DNA of 64,000 nucleotides from Caproicibacter sp. (GTDB lineage: Bacteria > Bacillota > Clostridia > Oscillospirales > Acutalibacteraceae): the NCBI GenBank assembly GCA_036844765.1, contig DAIUFE010000001.1, positions 45,921 through 109,920 of the forward strand. The letters are read 5' to 3'. Position 1 is the stretch's first letter, and each line of letters opens with the position of its first letter. Below the pieces are notes generated by a model. That model did not search any database. It was not told the origin of the DNA and saw only the letters and a program-made list of their open reading frames with translations. Below are positions 54,041-62,801 of this stretch, one piece after another. Position numbers and translations under genes: made by a program.

Positions 54041-54279
54041 GAAGATAGAGGCGCGGTGTTCATGAGTAGCCGCCCGCGAGGCCGCCGAAGCCGCAGACCG
54101 GCCGCGAAAGGGAACACCGCCGAAGGGGACGCCCGGCAAGCCGTCCGCCTGGTTGTTTTGCAAACAGCAACTCAACTGTCATCATGCAGAGGATGAAGAG
54201 CTATCGGCCGCCGCATTCCCCGATCAGGCGGCAAGGCTGTTTCCTTCCCATGACGACCGGTTGATGAACCGGTTTTTTT
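54041..54279 (+). promoter_or_regulatory. lysine riboswitch (L-box) with an intrinsic terminator expression platform
   Basis: The conserved L-box blocks appear in order: GAAGATAGAGGCGC, AGTA, GAAAGGG, GCCGAAG, ACTGTCA, GAAGAGCTATC (the P1 3' strand, pairing with GATAG). A hairpin ACCGGTT-GATG-AACCGGT plus T6 (54256-54279) follows, upstream of asd. Confidence 0.85.
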
Positions 54280-54340
54280 CATAACCGGGGATATTTTTCC
54301 GCAAAAAGCGCCATAGAATAAGACAGGAGGTCCGTTCTCT

Positions 54341-55420
54341 ATGAAGCAATATCGCGTCGGGATCATCGGCGCCACGGGCATGGTGGGCCAGCGGTTCGCC
54401 ACGCTGCTCGAAAAGCACCCGTGGTTCAAGGTGGCCGCCTTGGCGGCAAGCGCCCGCTCAGCCGGAAAAACCTATGAGGAAGCGGTCGCTGGGCGCTGGA
54501 AGATGCCGGTGCCGATCCCGGAAAACATGAAGGGCATGACCCTGCTGGACGCCGAAAACGACAGGGAAAAGATCGCCGGCAGCGTGGATTTCGTCTTCTG
54601 CGCGGTCAATCTGGAGAAGCAGAAAGCCAAAGAGCTGGAGGAAGCCTATGCCCGGAGCGAATGCCCGGTGATCTCGAACAACAGCGCCAACCGCGGCGTG
54701 CCGGACGTCCCGATGATCATCCCGGAGATCAACCCGGGTCACTCCGCCGTGATCGAGACCCAGCGCAGACGCCTGGGAACGAAGCGCGGCTTCGTCGCCG
54801 TCAAGTCCAACTGCTCGATCCAGAGCTACGTGCCCGCCGTGACCCCGCTGCTCGACCGGGGCGTGACGAAGGTTCTCGCCTGCACCTACCAGGCGATCTC
54901 CGGCGCCGGAAAAACTTTCAAATCCTGGCCCGAGATGCGGGACAACGTGATCCCGTTCATCAGCGGCGAAGAGGGCAAATCGGAAAACGAGCCGATGAAG
55001 GTCTGGGGGCACGTGGAAAACGGCGTGATCGTCAACGCGACACGGCCGGACATCACGACCCAGTGCCTGCGCGTACCCGTCTCGGACGGCCACATGGCGG
55101 CGGTCTTCGTCTCCTTCGAGAAAAAACTCCCGCTCGACGAGATCGTCGCCCGGTGGGAAAGCTTCCGCGGCGAGCCGCAGCGGCTGCGTCTGCCGAGCGC
55201 GCCCAAGCAATTTCTGCATTATTTCCGCGAGGAGGACCGCCCGCAGACCAGGCTGGACCGCGAGCTGGAAAACGGCATGGCCGTCTCGATCGGAAGGCTT
55301 CGGCCCGACAGCCAGTACGACGTCAAATTTGTCAGCCTGTCCCACAACACGCTGCGCGGGGCGGCGGGCGGCGGTGTGCTGATGGCGGAGCTCCTGTGCG
55401 CCCAGGGCTATCTCGATTGA
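54341..55420 (+). CDS. asd: aspartate-semialdehyde dehydrogenase
   Basis: 359-aa ORF with ACAGGAGG upstream. It has GATGMVGQRF (Rossmann) and the active-site block SNCSIQ. It is preceded by a lysine riboswitch. Confidence 0.92.
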   Translation: MKQYRVGIIGATGMVGQRFATLLEKHPWFKVAALAASARSAGKTYEEAVAGRWKMPVPIPENMKGMTLLDAENDREKIAGSVDFVFCAVNLEKQKAKELEEAYARSECPVISNNSANRGVPDVPMIIPEINPGHSAVIETQRRRLGTKRGFVAVKSNCSIQSYVPAVTPLLDRGVTKVLACTYQAISGAGKTFKSWPEMRDNVIPFISGEEGKSENEPMKVWGHVENGVIVNATRPDITTQCLRVPVSDGHMAAVFVSFEKKLPLDEIVARWESFRGEPQRLRLPSAPKQFLHYFREEDRPQTRLDRELENGMAVSIGRLRPDSQYDVKFVSLSHNTLRGAAGGGVLMAELLCAQGYLD

Positions 55421-55449
55421 TCCGCCCCGGAATTTTGGGAGGTTGCGAA

Positions 55450-56340
55450 ATGAAGAAAACGGTTTTCACCGGGTCCGCCGTGGCGCTGGTCACGCCGATG
55501 AAGGAAGACGGCTCCGTCCACTACGACATGCTGGAAAAGCTGCTCGATTTCCAGCTGCAGAACGGCACGGAGGCGGTCGTCGCCTGCGCGACGACGGGGG
55601 AATCCCCCGTCCTGAGTCCCGAGGAGCACGCCGGGATCGTGCGCTTCCTCGTCAAAAAAGTCGGAGGCCGGGTGCCCGTGATCGCCAGCTCCGGCAGCAA
55701 CGACACGAAAACCGCCGTCGAACTCTCCAAGGCGATGCAGGAAGCCGGCGCGGACGCGCTGCTGACCATCACCCCCTATTACAATAAAACCTCGCAGGAA
55801 GGCTTCGTCCGCCACTTCTTCTATATCGCGGACCGCGTGGACCTTCCCCTGATCCTCTACAATATCCCCTCGCGCACCGGCTGCAACATTCTGCCGGAAA
55901 CCTACCGGCGCCTGGCGGAGCACCCCAACATCGTCGGCGTGAAGGAGGCCAACGGCAACCTGGCCGCCAACGCGGAGACCGTCGCCCTCTGCGGCGACAG
56001 CCTGGCGCTCTATTCCGGCGAAGACAGCCTTACCCTGCCGATCCTGTCCCTCGGGGGCAAGGGGGTCGTCTCCACCAGCGCCAACGTGATCCCGAAGGAA
56101 ATGGACGAAATCTGCCGAAATTATTTTCAGGGAAATGAAGCGCGCAGCCGCGAGCTCTTTTTCCGGTACCTGGACGTGATGAACGCCCTGTTCATCGACG
56201 TGAACCCGATCCCGGTCAAGGCGGCGATGAAGATGATGGGATACGACTGCGGCGGGTGCCGCCTCCCCCTCGCGCCCCTGAGCGCGCGGAACGCGGAGCT
56301 TCTGCACGGCGTTCTGAAACGCCACGGCCTGGCCGGCTGA
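55450..56340 (+). CDS. dapA: 4-hydroxy-tetrahydrodipicolinate synthase
   Basis: In-frame tail of ORF 54661..56340 from ATG 55450 (MKKTVFTGSAVALVTPM). Blocks ATTGESP, YYNKTSQEG, LYNIPSRTG and GVKEANG support the call. Confidence 0.94.
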   Translation: MKKTVFTGSAVALVTPMKEDGSVHYDMLEKLLDFQLQNGTEAVVACATTGESPVLSPEEHAGIVRFLVKKVGGRVPVIASSGSNDTKTAVELSKAMQEAGADALLTITPYYNKTSQEGFVRHFFYIADRVDLPLILYNIPSRTGCNILPETYRRLAEHPNIVGVKEANGNLAANAETVALCGDSLALYSGEDSLTLPILSLGGKGVVSTSANVIPKEMDEICRNYFQGNEARSRELFFRYLDVMNALFIDVNPIPVKAAMKMMGYDCGGCRLPLAPLSARNAELLHGVLKRHGLAG

Positions 56341-56386
56341 GCAAAGATCCTCAGGGAAGTCAAAAAGTCACAAAGGAAGTCTGAAA

Positions 56387-57139
56387 ATGGTTAGAATCAT
56401 CCTCAGCGGATGCGGCGGAAAGATGGGCCGCACCGTCGCCGCCTGCGCCGAAGGGCGGGAGGACTGCCGCATCGCCGCCGGGATCGATCTCAGAAAACCG
56501 GAAGGCGCGCCTTTCCCGGTCTACGGCAGCCCCGAAGAAGTCCAGACGGAAGCGGACGTCCTGATCGATTTTTCAAACCCCGCCCTTCTCGCTCCGCTGC
56601 TGGCCTTCGGGGAGCGGACCCACACGCCGCTCGTGCTGTGCACGACGGGATACAGCGCGGAGCAGGCGGAAGCTTTGAAGAGGACTTCGGCCAGGATTCC
56701 CGTATTCTATTCCGGAAACATGTCCCTCGGCATCAGCCTGCTGATCGAGCTTTCCAAAAAAGCGGCGCAGGCGCTCGGCGACCGCTTCGACATCGAGATC
56801 GTCGAGGAGCACCACAACCAGAAGATCGACGCCCCGAGCGGCACCGCGCTGATGATCGCCGACGGAATCTCCTCCGTGCTTCCCCGCGCGATGGAGTACG
56901 TCTACGACCGCCATTCCCGCCGGAAAAAGCGGGAACCCAACGAGATCGGCATCCACTCGATCCGCGGCGGGACGATCGTCGGGGAGCACAAGGTCATCTT
57001 CGCCGGGCCGCACGAGGTGCTCACCCTTTCGCACTCCGCCCAGTCGAAAGAGATTTTCGCCCTGGGGGCGCTGCGCGCCGCGGCCTTTCTCGTCCGTAAA
57101 GCTCCCGGGCTTTACGGTATGCCCGATCTCATAAAATAG
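56387..57139 (+). CDS. dapB: 4-hydroxy-tetrahydrodipicolinate reductase
   Basis: 250-aa ORF with GCGGKMGR (NAD binding) and EIVEEHHNQKIDAPSGTA motifs. Confidence 0.93.
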   Translation: MVRIILSGCGGKMGRTVAACAEGREDCRIAAGIDLRKPEGAPFPVYGSPEEVQTEADVLIDFSNPALLAPLLAFGERTHTPLVLCTTGYSAEQAEALKRTSARIPVFYSGNMSLGISLLIELSKKAAQALGDRFDIEIVEEHHNQKIDAPSGTALMIADGISSVLPRAMEYVYDRHSRRKKREPNEIGIHSIRGGTIVGEHKVIFAGPHEVLTLSHSAQSKEIFALGALRAAAFLVRKAPGLYGMPDLIK

Positions 57140-57153
57140 CGGGAGGTACTCTC

Positions 57154-57630
57154 ATGATCACGTCGCCAAAGATCACAACGGCCACGGACATCACCCTTGT
57201 CACCCTGCAGAACTGCCCTTCCGAGCTCAGCTTCATCGCCGGCGTATTTGAGAAGATCGGGGACCTCGGGGTCGATGTGAACATGATCTCGCTGGCGCCT
57301 GCCCACGGGGCCTACACCTCGGTCTCGTTCACGATCGCCGACAATGACCTTGACAAAGTCCTCAGCTTTACAGCCGAGCTGCGCGACACGGTGAACGTTC
57401 AGGTGATCGTCAGCAGCGGGAACTGCATCATCTCGGTGTACGACGACGGGATGAAAAACACGCCCGGTGTGGCGGCCCGGGTGTTCACCGCGGCCTCGAC
57501 GGCCGGGACGGATATCCGGATCATCACGACGTCGGCCGCCGATATTTCGCTGCTCGTCACGGCGGCGGACTTCCCGGAAGCCCTGAAGGCGATCGAATTC
57601 AAATTCAGGCGCGGCGACCGCGCCCGCTAA
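57154..57630 (+). CDS. stand-alone tandem ACT-domain protein (aspartokinase regulatory/beta-subunit-like)
   Basis: 158-aa ORF. The second half (IISVYDDGMKNTPGVAARVFTAASTAGTDIRIITTSAADISLLV) parallels the C-terminal ACT domain of aspartokinases. There is no kinase domain. Confidence 0.75.
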   Translation: MITSPKITTATDITLVTLQNCPSELSFIAGVFEKIGDLGVDVNMISLAPAHGAYTSVSFTIADNDLDKVLSFTAELRDTVNVQVIVSSGNCIISVYDDGMKNTPGVAARVFTAASTAGTDIRIITTSAADISLLVTAADFPEALKAIEFKFRRGDRAR

Positions 57631-57652
57631 GAGCTAAGATACGACAAGATAA

Positions 57653-57700
57653 CCCCCGGTCCGCCGTGCGCCAGACAGCGCGCGGGCCGGGGGAATTTTT
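57653..57700. terminator. hairpin between the convergent ACT-protein and TSCPD genes
   Basis: Stem CCCCCGGTCCGC / GCGGGCCGGGGG (one G-T pair) with a large structured loop, followed by AATTTTT. Confidence 0.55.
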
Positions 57701-57716
57701 ACTTTCAAAAATCCGG

Positions 57717-57968
57717 CTACCGGTTCGCCAGGGCCTGGGTCAGCGCGGCGGCGAGCTGGTCGGGGCAGGAGGTGGGTCTCGCCCCGCAGCGGATGCCGCG
57801 GCAGCGCCGGATCACGTCCTGCGCCTTCATCCCGGCGGTCAGGGCGCTGATCCCCTGCGTATTGCCCTTGCACCCGCCGACGAACTTCACCGACCGGACG
57901 ATGTCGCCGTCCAGGTCCACGATGATGGTGGTCGAGCAGGTTCCTTTGGTTTTGTAGCGGTATTCCAC
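57717..57968 (-). CDS. TSCPD-domain small protein (TIGR03905-like, recalled from memory)
   Basis: 83-aa ORF with GTCS, GGCKGN and a C-terminal CGARPTSCPDQL (the TSCPD motif itself). Confidence 0.75.
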   Translation of the reverse strand: MEYRYKTKGTCSTTIIVDLDGDIVRSVKFVGGCKGNTQGISALTAGMKAQDVIRRCRGIRCGARPTSCPDQLAAALTQALANR

Positions 57969-57980
57969 TCCAATTTCCCC

Positions 57981-58826
57981 TTATGTCTGTTTCGCAGAGC
58001 TGTTTTTGCGCCGGAGAAGCTTTTCCACCTCTTCGTCCGGCGCCGTGCAGGTGCCCACGGGGACGGGGCGCTCGGTGTACATGCCGTGAAAATCGGTCCC
58101 GCCCGTCTTCACAAGGCCCCATTCTTCCGCGACGGCGGAGAGCCTTTCCTCGTCGCCCTCGCGGTTTTTCGGGTGCCACACCTCCACGCCCTCGATCTCG
58201 CGGTCGGAGGCGAGCTGCTCCAGAAGCGCGTAGCTATCGTACAGGCCGGGGTGCGCCAGCACCGCAAGCCCGCCCGCCGCATGAATCTGCCCGATCACGT
58301 CATGCACGTCGGGGTATTCGACCGGGACATAGGCCAATCCGTCCTTCGGGTTGAAGAGCCTGCGGAAAACGCCGCCGAAGATCCCGTCGGCGCAGCCGGC
58401 GTCCAGCAGCGCGTGCATGATGTGCTGTTTGTAAAGGCCTGTGCTCCCCTGCGTGCGCCGCACGACCATCTCGGCGGTGATCGGGTAGAGCGCCAGCACT
58501 TTTTCGAGCATGGCGTTGCCCGCGCGGCGGCGCGCCTCCGACGTGCGCCGGCAAAGGCCCAGCAGGCGGTCCGGCTTCTCGCACAGATAGCACAGGATAT
58601 GCGCCTTGCGGCCGGTGGAGGGGTCGGCCGCCGAGAACTCGGCCCCCGGCAGCACCCTCACGCCCTGCCGCCTGCCGATGATCTGCGCCCGGCCGGAGCC
58701 CGCGAACGTATCGTGGTCGGTCACGGCGATGGTCGAAAGGCCGCGCTTTTTCGCGAGCATCACGATCTCGTCGATCCCGACGGAGCCGTCGGAAATTTTC
58801 GTGTGCAGATGAAGATCCGCCGGCAT
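57981..58826 (-). CDS. PHP-domain metal-dependent phosphoesterase
   Basis: 281-aa ORF with MPADLHLHTKISDGS, AVTDHDT, LAHPG and GGTDFHG motifs. Confidence 0.85.
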   Translation of the reverse strand: MPADLHLHTKISDGSVGIDEIVMLAKKRGLSTIAVTDHDTFAGSGRAQIIGRRQGVRVLPGAEFSAADPSTGRKAHILCYLCEKPDRLLGLCRRTSEARRRAGNAMLEKVLALYPITAEMVVRRTQGSTGLYKQHIMHALLDAGCADGIFGGVFRRLFNPKDGLAYVPVEYPDVHDVIGQIHAAGGLAVLAHPGLYDSYALLEQLASDREIEGVEVWHPKNREGDEERLSAVAEEWGLVKTGGTDFHGMYTERPVPVGTCTAPDEEVEKLLRRKNSSAKQT

Positions 58827-58854
58827 CCCATCACCTCCCCTAAAATGGCGCCGC

Positions 58855-59655
58855 TTACGAACGCAGCAGTTTTTCCGGCGTGAAAGAGCGGCCCGCGAAA
58901 GCGAACAGCAGCCCGTCCGCCGCGGCCACGACGGCCGCCGCCAGCAGCAGGAACAGCGCGCTGATGCGGAACAGACCCGCCATCTGCCCGATCAGCGCCA
59001 GGACGAGCGGCAGCACGAGGAACGCCGAGGTCTGCGTGGCCTCGATAAAGCTTTTGCTCTTCGCGGAGGTCATCACCATGAACACGACGCCGAACACCGT
59101 GGCCGCCGGCGTCAGGAACAGGATCAGCACCAGCCAGCTCCAGTTCAGGAAAAACGGCATTCCCAGCAGCAGGTCCCCCACCGAGATCACCACCGCAAAC
59201 GCGACGAACGAGATCGCGGTGACGATCGCGGAAAGCAGGACGCATCCGAGCGTTTTCGCGCGGAAGATCTGCTTCATGTCCATCGGCGTCAGCAGCAGGG
59301 TCTGCAGGGTGCCCCGCTCCTTTTCCCCGACGAAGCTGCTCGCCGCCGCGACGCTCGAGGCCATCAGCGGGATCATCAGGAAAAACGCGGGGAACATCAG
59401 GTTTGTCATCATATACAGCATGCTCTGCCGGAAATTGAAGCCGCGCGCTTCCTTCGGCAGCAGCTCCATCATTTTTTCCGCCCCGTTGATCTCGCTCTCC
59501 GGGATGGTGCTGACCATCACGACCAGCGCGACGGGAAGGACCACCACCAGCAGCAGCGGGACGATCAGCACCGTGCTGCGGGCCATCCTGGAATCCCAGA
59601 TCTCGCGGAAATCCTTCCGGATCACGGCCCTTTCGGCCTGCGGCAGCGTCTTCAC
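58855..59655 (-). CDS. ABC-2-type exporter permease
   Basis: In-frame tail of ORF 58855..60234 from GTG 59655 (GTGA overlap with the upstream ATPase stop). Six hydrophobic stretches and the VGEKERGTLQTLLLTP motif of the NatB/ABC-2 family. Confidence 0.8.
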   Translation of the reverse strand: MKTLPQAERAVIRKDFREIWDSRMARSTVLIVPLLLVVVLPVALVVMVSTIPESEINGAEKMMELLPKEARGFNFRQSMLYMMTNLMFPAFFLMIPLMASSVAAASSFVGEKERGTLQTLLLTPMDMKQIFRAKTLGCVLLSAIVTAISFVAFAVVISVGDLLLGMPFFLNWSWLVLILFLTPAATVFGVVFMVMTSAKSKSFIEATQTSAFLVLPLVLALIGQMAGLFRISALFLLLAAAVVAAADGLLFAFAGRSFTPEKLLRS

Positions 59656-60572
59656 GGCTGCGTCCCCCCGTTCAGCGAAACATACTTGAAATAGACGTCC
59701 TCCAGCGTGGGCCGGGTCAGGCGGGCCTCGTAGATTTCGCGGCCGTCTTCCACCGCTTTGCGGATCAGCTTCGGCATCTCGTCTTCGCTGAGCACGTCGG
59801 TGCTCCACCAGCCGTCCTCCCCGCGCTCGAAGCCGGCGGGCGTATCCCCTTCTTTGAAGCGGAGGGATCCCTTCGCGTGCAGGCCGGCATCCCGGCTCAG
59901 CGCCTCCAGCGTGCCGCTGGCGAGCAGGGCGCCCTTCTCGATGATCCCGTACCGGCCGCAGAGGTCCTGCGCGTAGCGAAGCTGGTGGGTGCAGAGGAAA
60001 ACCGTGACGTCCTCCGCGCGGGCCAGTTCCGCGATCATCGCGTTGACCGCCTGCACGGACTCCGGGTCCAGGCCGCTGGTCGGCTCGTCCAGAAACAGGG
60101 CCTTCGGGCGGTGCATCAGCGCCCGCGCGAGCGAAAGCCGCTGCGCCATCCCGGTGGAATAGGCGCTCAGCTTCCGGTCCCGGGCGTCCCAGAGATCCAG
60201 CTTTTTCAAAAGCTCCCGGGCGCGGCCGCGGCAATCCTCGCTCTCCATGCCGAAGGCTTCCCCGAAAAACAGGAGATTTTCAAGGCCGGTCATCTGCCCG
60301 TACATCCCCGCGCCCTCGGTCATCACGCCGCACAGGCGGTGCACCTCGCGCGGCTTCTGGGCGGGCGAAAAGCCGAAGACGGAGCAGGAACCCTCCCCGG
60401 GCCGCAGCAGGCCCGTCAGCAGCCGGACCGTGGTCGTCTTCCCGGCGCCGTTCGGCCCGAGAAAGCCGAAGACCTCGCCTTCCTCCACTTCGAGGGAAAG
60501 GTCGCGCACCGCATAGACGGCGCCGTCGTAACTTTTTCCGAGACCGATCGTGCGGACCGCCGGTTCGTTCAA
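59652..60572 (-). CDS. ABC transporter ATP-binding protein
   Basis: 306-aa ORF with a TTG start. Walker A GPNGAGKTT, signature YSTGMAQRL, Walker B LFLDEPTSGLD. Confidence 0.92.
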   Translation of the reverse strand: MNEPAVRTIGLGKSYDGAVYAVRDLSLEVEEGEVFGFLGPNGAGKTTTVRLLTGLLRPGEGSCSVFGFSPAQKPREVHRLCGVMTEGAGMYGQMTGLENLLFFGEAFGMESEDCRGRARELLKKLDLWDARDRKLSAYSTGMAQRLSLARALMHRPKALFLDEPTSGLDPESVQAVNAMIAELARAEDVTVFLCTHQLRYAQDLCGRYGIIEKGALLASGTLEALSRDAGLHAKGSLRFKEGDTPAGFERGEDGWWSTDVLSEDEMPKLIRKAVEDGREIYEARLTRPTLEDVYFKYVSLNGGTQP

Positions 60573-60708
60573 GGGAATCCCCCGCCTCTCCGGATTCGGG
60601 ACCGCCCCGGAAAATCTGCCCGATGCGGTCCTGTTCTGATTTTATTATACCACCGGCGCCGCCTCGCCGCAAGTACGGCTTTCCCGGCATCCGGCCGCGC
60701 CGCGGCAT

Positions 60709-60748
60709 AAAAAACTCCCGAAGCTGAATTCAACGCTTCGGGAGTTTC
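60709..60748 (-). terminator. intrinsic terminator of the GntR-ABC-membrane operon
   Basis: Perfect 13-bp stem AAACTCCCGAAGC / GCTTCGGGAGTTT. On the minus strand it is followed by a U-run (TTTTTTAT). Confidence 0.75.
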
Positions 60749-60828
60749 GCGGGACCGTCCCGCCGAACAAAGCTCTTTTTTCGCTCCGCGCTGAACGGCG
60801 GGCCGAGCCGGGCTTTGCCCGCGGCGGA

Positions 60829-61668
60829 TTATTCCAGGTTCAGCTTCCTGCTGAGCAGGTAGTTGGTCAGCGCGTAGAACGCCAGGCCGAACAGGGCGCA
60901 GTAGAGGATGAACAGGCCGAGCGCGATCTCCAGAAGCGCCGCGTTCGGGAGGCTGCGCGCCACGCCCCCCAGCCAGGCGCGCAGCCAGGAATCCGGGGAG
61001 ATGCCGTTGAGCGCGTTGAACCCTCCGAACGTGATGATCTGCTCGACGATGCCGAAGCCGATATACGCCCCGCACGCCGCCAGCTGCCTGTGGCGGGCGC
61101 TGCGGTTCCCGACGGCGATGGCGGCGTAGAGCTGCAGGGTGCCCGCCAGGATCGACACCGCCAGCAGAACGACGCACTCGAACAGGATCAGCCAGGAAGA
61201 GGCGCCGTGCTCCGCGAACTCCCTCCGCATGGAGAGGCACCATTCGCTGAAAGTCCGCATATTGCTTTCGTCGACGGAGAGGATGAAGATGGAGAGCGCG
61301 GAAACGATCAGGCTCAGAACCGTCCACATCAGGGTCACGATCATCCTGCAGTCGATATGGGCGTGCGCCTTCACCGGAAGGGTGAACATCAGATACCCCT
61401 CGTCGCCGAGCAGGTTTTTCTGGAACCGCTGGATGGTGACGACGAACGTGACCACGAAGAGCGCGACGACCAGGAGGACGTAAACGGTCATGGTGACCCC
61501 GTTGAGGAAAGCGGAAAGGTTGACCGGAAGATTGCCCCAATCGTTCGCTTCGGGATTAAACGCGCGGAGCAGCCGGTTCACCAGGGCAAAGGCGAGGATC
61601 AGGCCGTAAAGCGGCAGGAAAATCCTCTCCGTCGCCCGGATCTCGTATTTCATCAGTCTGCCTAACAT
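60829..61668 (-). CDS. multi-TM membrane protein, putative permease partner of the GntR-linked ABC ATPase
   Basis: 279-aa hydrophobic ORF that overlaps the upstream ATPase gene by 7 nt. No recognisable motif; assigned by context. Confidence 0.6.
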   Translation of the reverse strand: MLGRLMKYEIRATERIFLPLYGLILAFALVNRLLRAFNPEANDWGNLPVNLSAFLNGVTMTVYVLLVVALFVVTFVVTIQRFQKNLLGDEGYLMFTLPVKAHAHIDCRMIVTLMWTVLSLIVSALSIFILSVDESNMRTFSEWCLSMRREFAEHGASSWLILFECVVLLAVSILAGTLQLYAAIAVGNRSARHRQLAACGAYIGFGIVEQIITFGGFNALNGISPDSWLRAWLGGVARSLPNAALLEIALGLFILYCALFGLAFYALTNYLLSRKLNLE

Positions 61669-62360
61669 TTGAACACCTCCCGGAACATCGCGTCGACGCT
61701 TTTGCCTTCGCGCTCGCGGATCTCGTCGACGGAGGAGGTCAGCACGACGCTCCCCCGGTTGATGAAGATCACCTCGTCGAGGATCTTTTCGACGTCCGTG
61801 ATCAGGTGCGTCGACAGGAGCAGCGACGCGTTTTCGCTGTAGTTGGAGAGGATGGTGTCCAGGATGTAATCCCGCGCGGCCGGATCGACGCCGCCGATGG
61901 GCTCATCCAGCACGTAGAGCTGGGCCTCCCGGCTCATCACGAGGATGAGCTGCACCTTTTCCTTGGTGCCTTTCGAGAGGGTCTTGAGGCGGCTGTTCGG
62001 GTTGATGTGCAGCCGCTGGAGCATGTCGTAGGCTTTCGCCTTGTTGAAATCCTCATAGAAATCGCCGAAAAAGTCGATGGCCGTCCGCACGTCCATCCAG
62101 TCGCTCAGATAGGTGCGCTCCGGTAGGTAAGAGACGATCTTCTTCGTCTCCACCCCCGGCTTGTTCCCCCGGACCGTCAGCTCGCCGCCGTCCGGTGTCA
62201 GCAGGCCGTTGATCAGCTTGATCAGCGTGGTCTTTCCGCTGCCGTTCGGGCCGAGCAGGCCCACGATCTTCCCTTTCGGCACCGAAAGGTTCACCGCATT
62301 GAGCGCGAGGCAGCCCGGGAAATATTTCGTCAGGTTCCTGCACTCCAAAATGCTATCCAT
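61662..62360 (-). CDS. ABC transporter ATP-binding protein
   Basis: 232-aa ORF. Walker A GPNGSGKTT, signature LSKGTKEKV, Walker B YVLDEPIGGVD. Confidence 0.92.
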   Translation of the reverse strand: MDSILECRNLTKYFPGCLALNAVNLSVPKGKIVGLLGPNGSGKTTLIKLINGLLTPDGGELTVRGNKPGVETKKIVSYLPERTYLSDWMDVRTAIDFFGDFYEDFNKAKAYDMLQRLHINPNSRLKTLSKGTKEKVQLILVMSREAQLYVLDEPIGGVDPAARDYILDTILSNYSENASLLLSTHLITDVEKILDEVIFINRGSVVLTSSVDEIREREGKSVDAMFREVFKC

Positions 62361-62730
62361 TCTGCTCTTCCTCCTTTGTCACGCGGTCCAGCAGGGAAAC
62401 CGCCCCCTGCGCGTCGTAGCCCAGCCGGTTCATGCTCCGCAGAAAATCGCGGACCAGCCCTTCGGCAAGGTTCTGCTTCGTCTGCATGATCTGCCCGGCG
62501 TCTTCCGTCACGAACCTTCCGCTTGTGCGCTGAGAGAACAGCAGGCCATCCTCCTCCAGCTTGGCCAGCGCGCGCTGCATGGTGTTCGGGTTGACGGCGG
62601 CCTCGGCCGCAAGCTCCCGCACGGACGGCAGCTTCGCGCCCGGCGGATAGATGCCGGCGATGACCATCAGCTGCAGCTGCTCGATCAGCTGGGCGTAGAT
62701 CGGCCGGTCCGGTTTCAGTTCCCAGGGCAT
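62353..62730 (-). CDS. GntR-family (YtrA-subfamily-like, short) transcriptional regulator
   Basis: Last 125 codons of ORF 62353..63384 from MPWELKPDRPIYAQL (ATG 62730). It has a winged-helix block (KLPSVRELAAEAAVNPNTMQRALAKLEEDG) and overlaps the downstream ATPase by 8 nt. Confidence 0.88.
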   Translation of the reverse strand: MPWELKPDRPIYAQLIEQLQLMVIAGIYPPGAKLPSVRELAAEAAVNPNTMQRALAKLEEDGLLFSQRTSGRFVTEDAGQIMQTKQNLAEGLVRDFLRSMNRLGYDAQGAVSLLDRVTKEEEQNG

Positions 62731-62801
62731 GCCAGTCCCTTCCTTTCTCTTTCGACTCCGCCCCGCGGGCGGTTCCGAAATTTCATTGCCGCACCTCCCC
62801 G

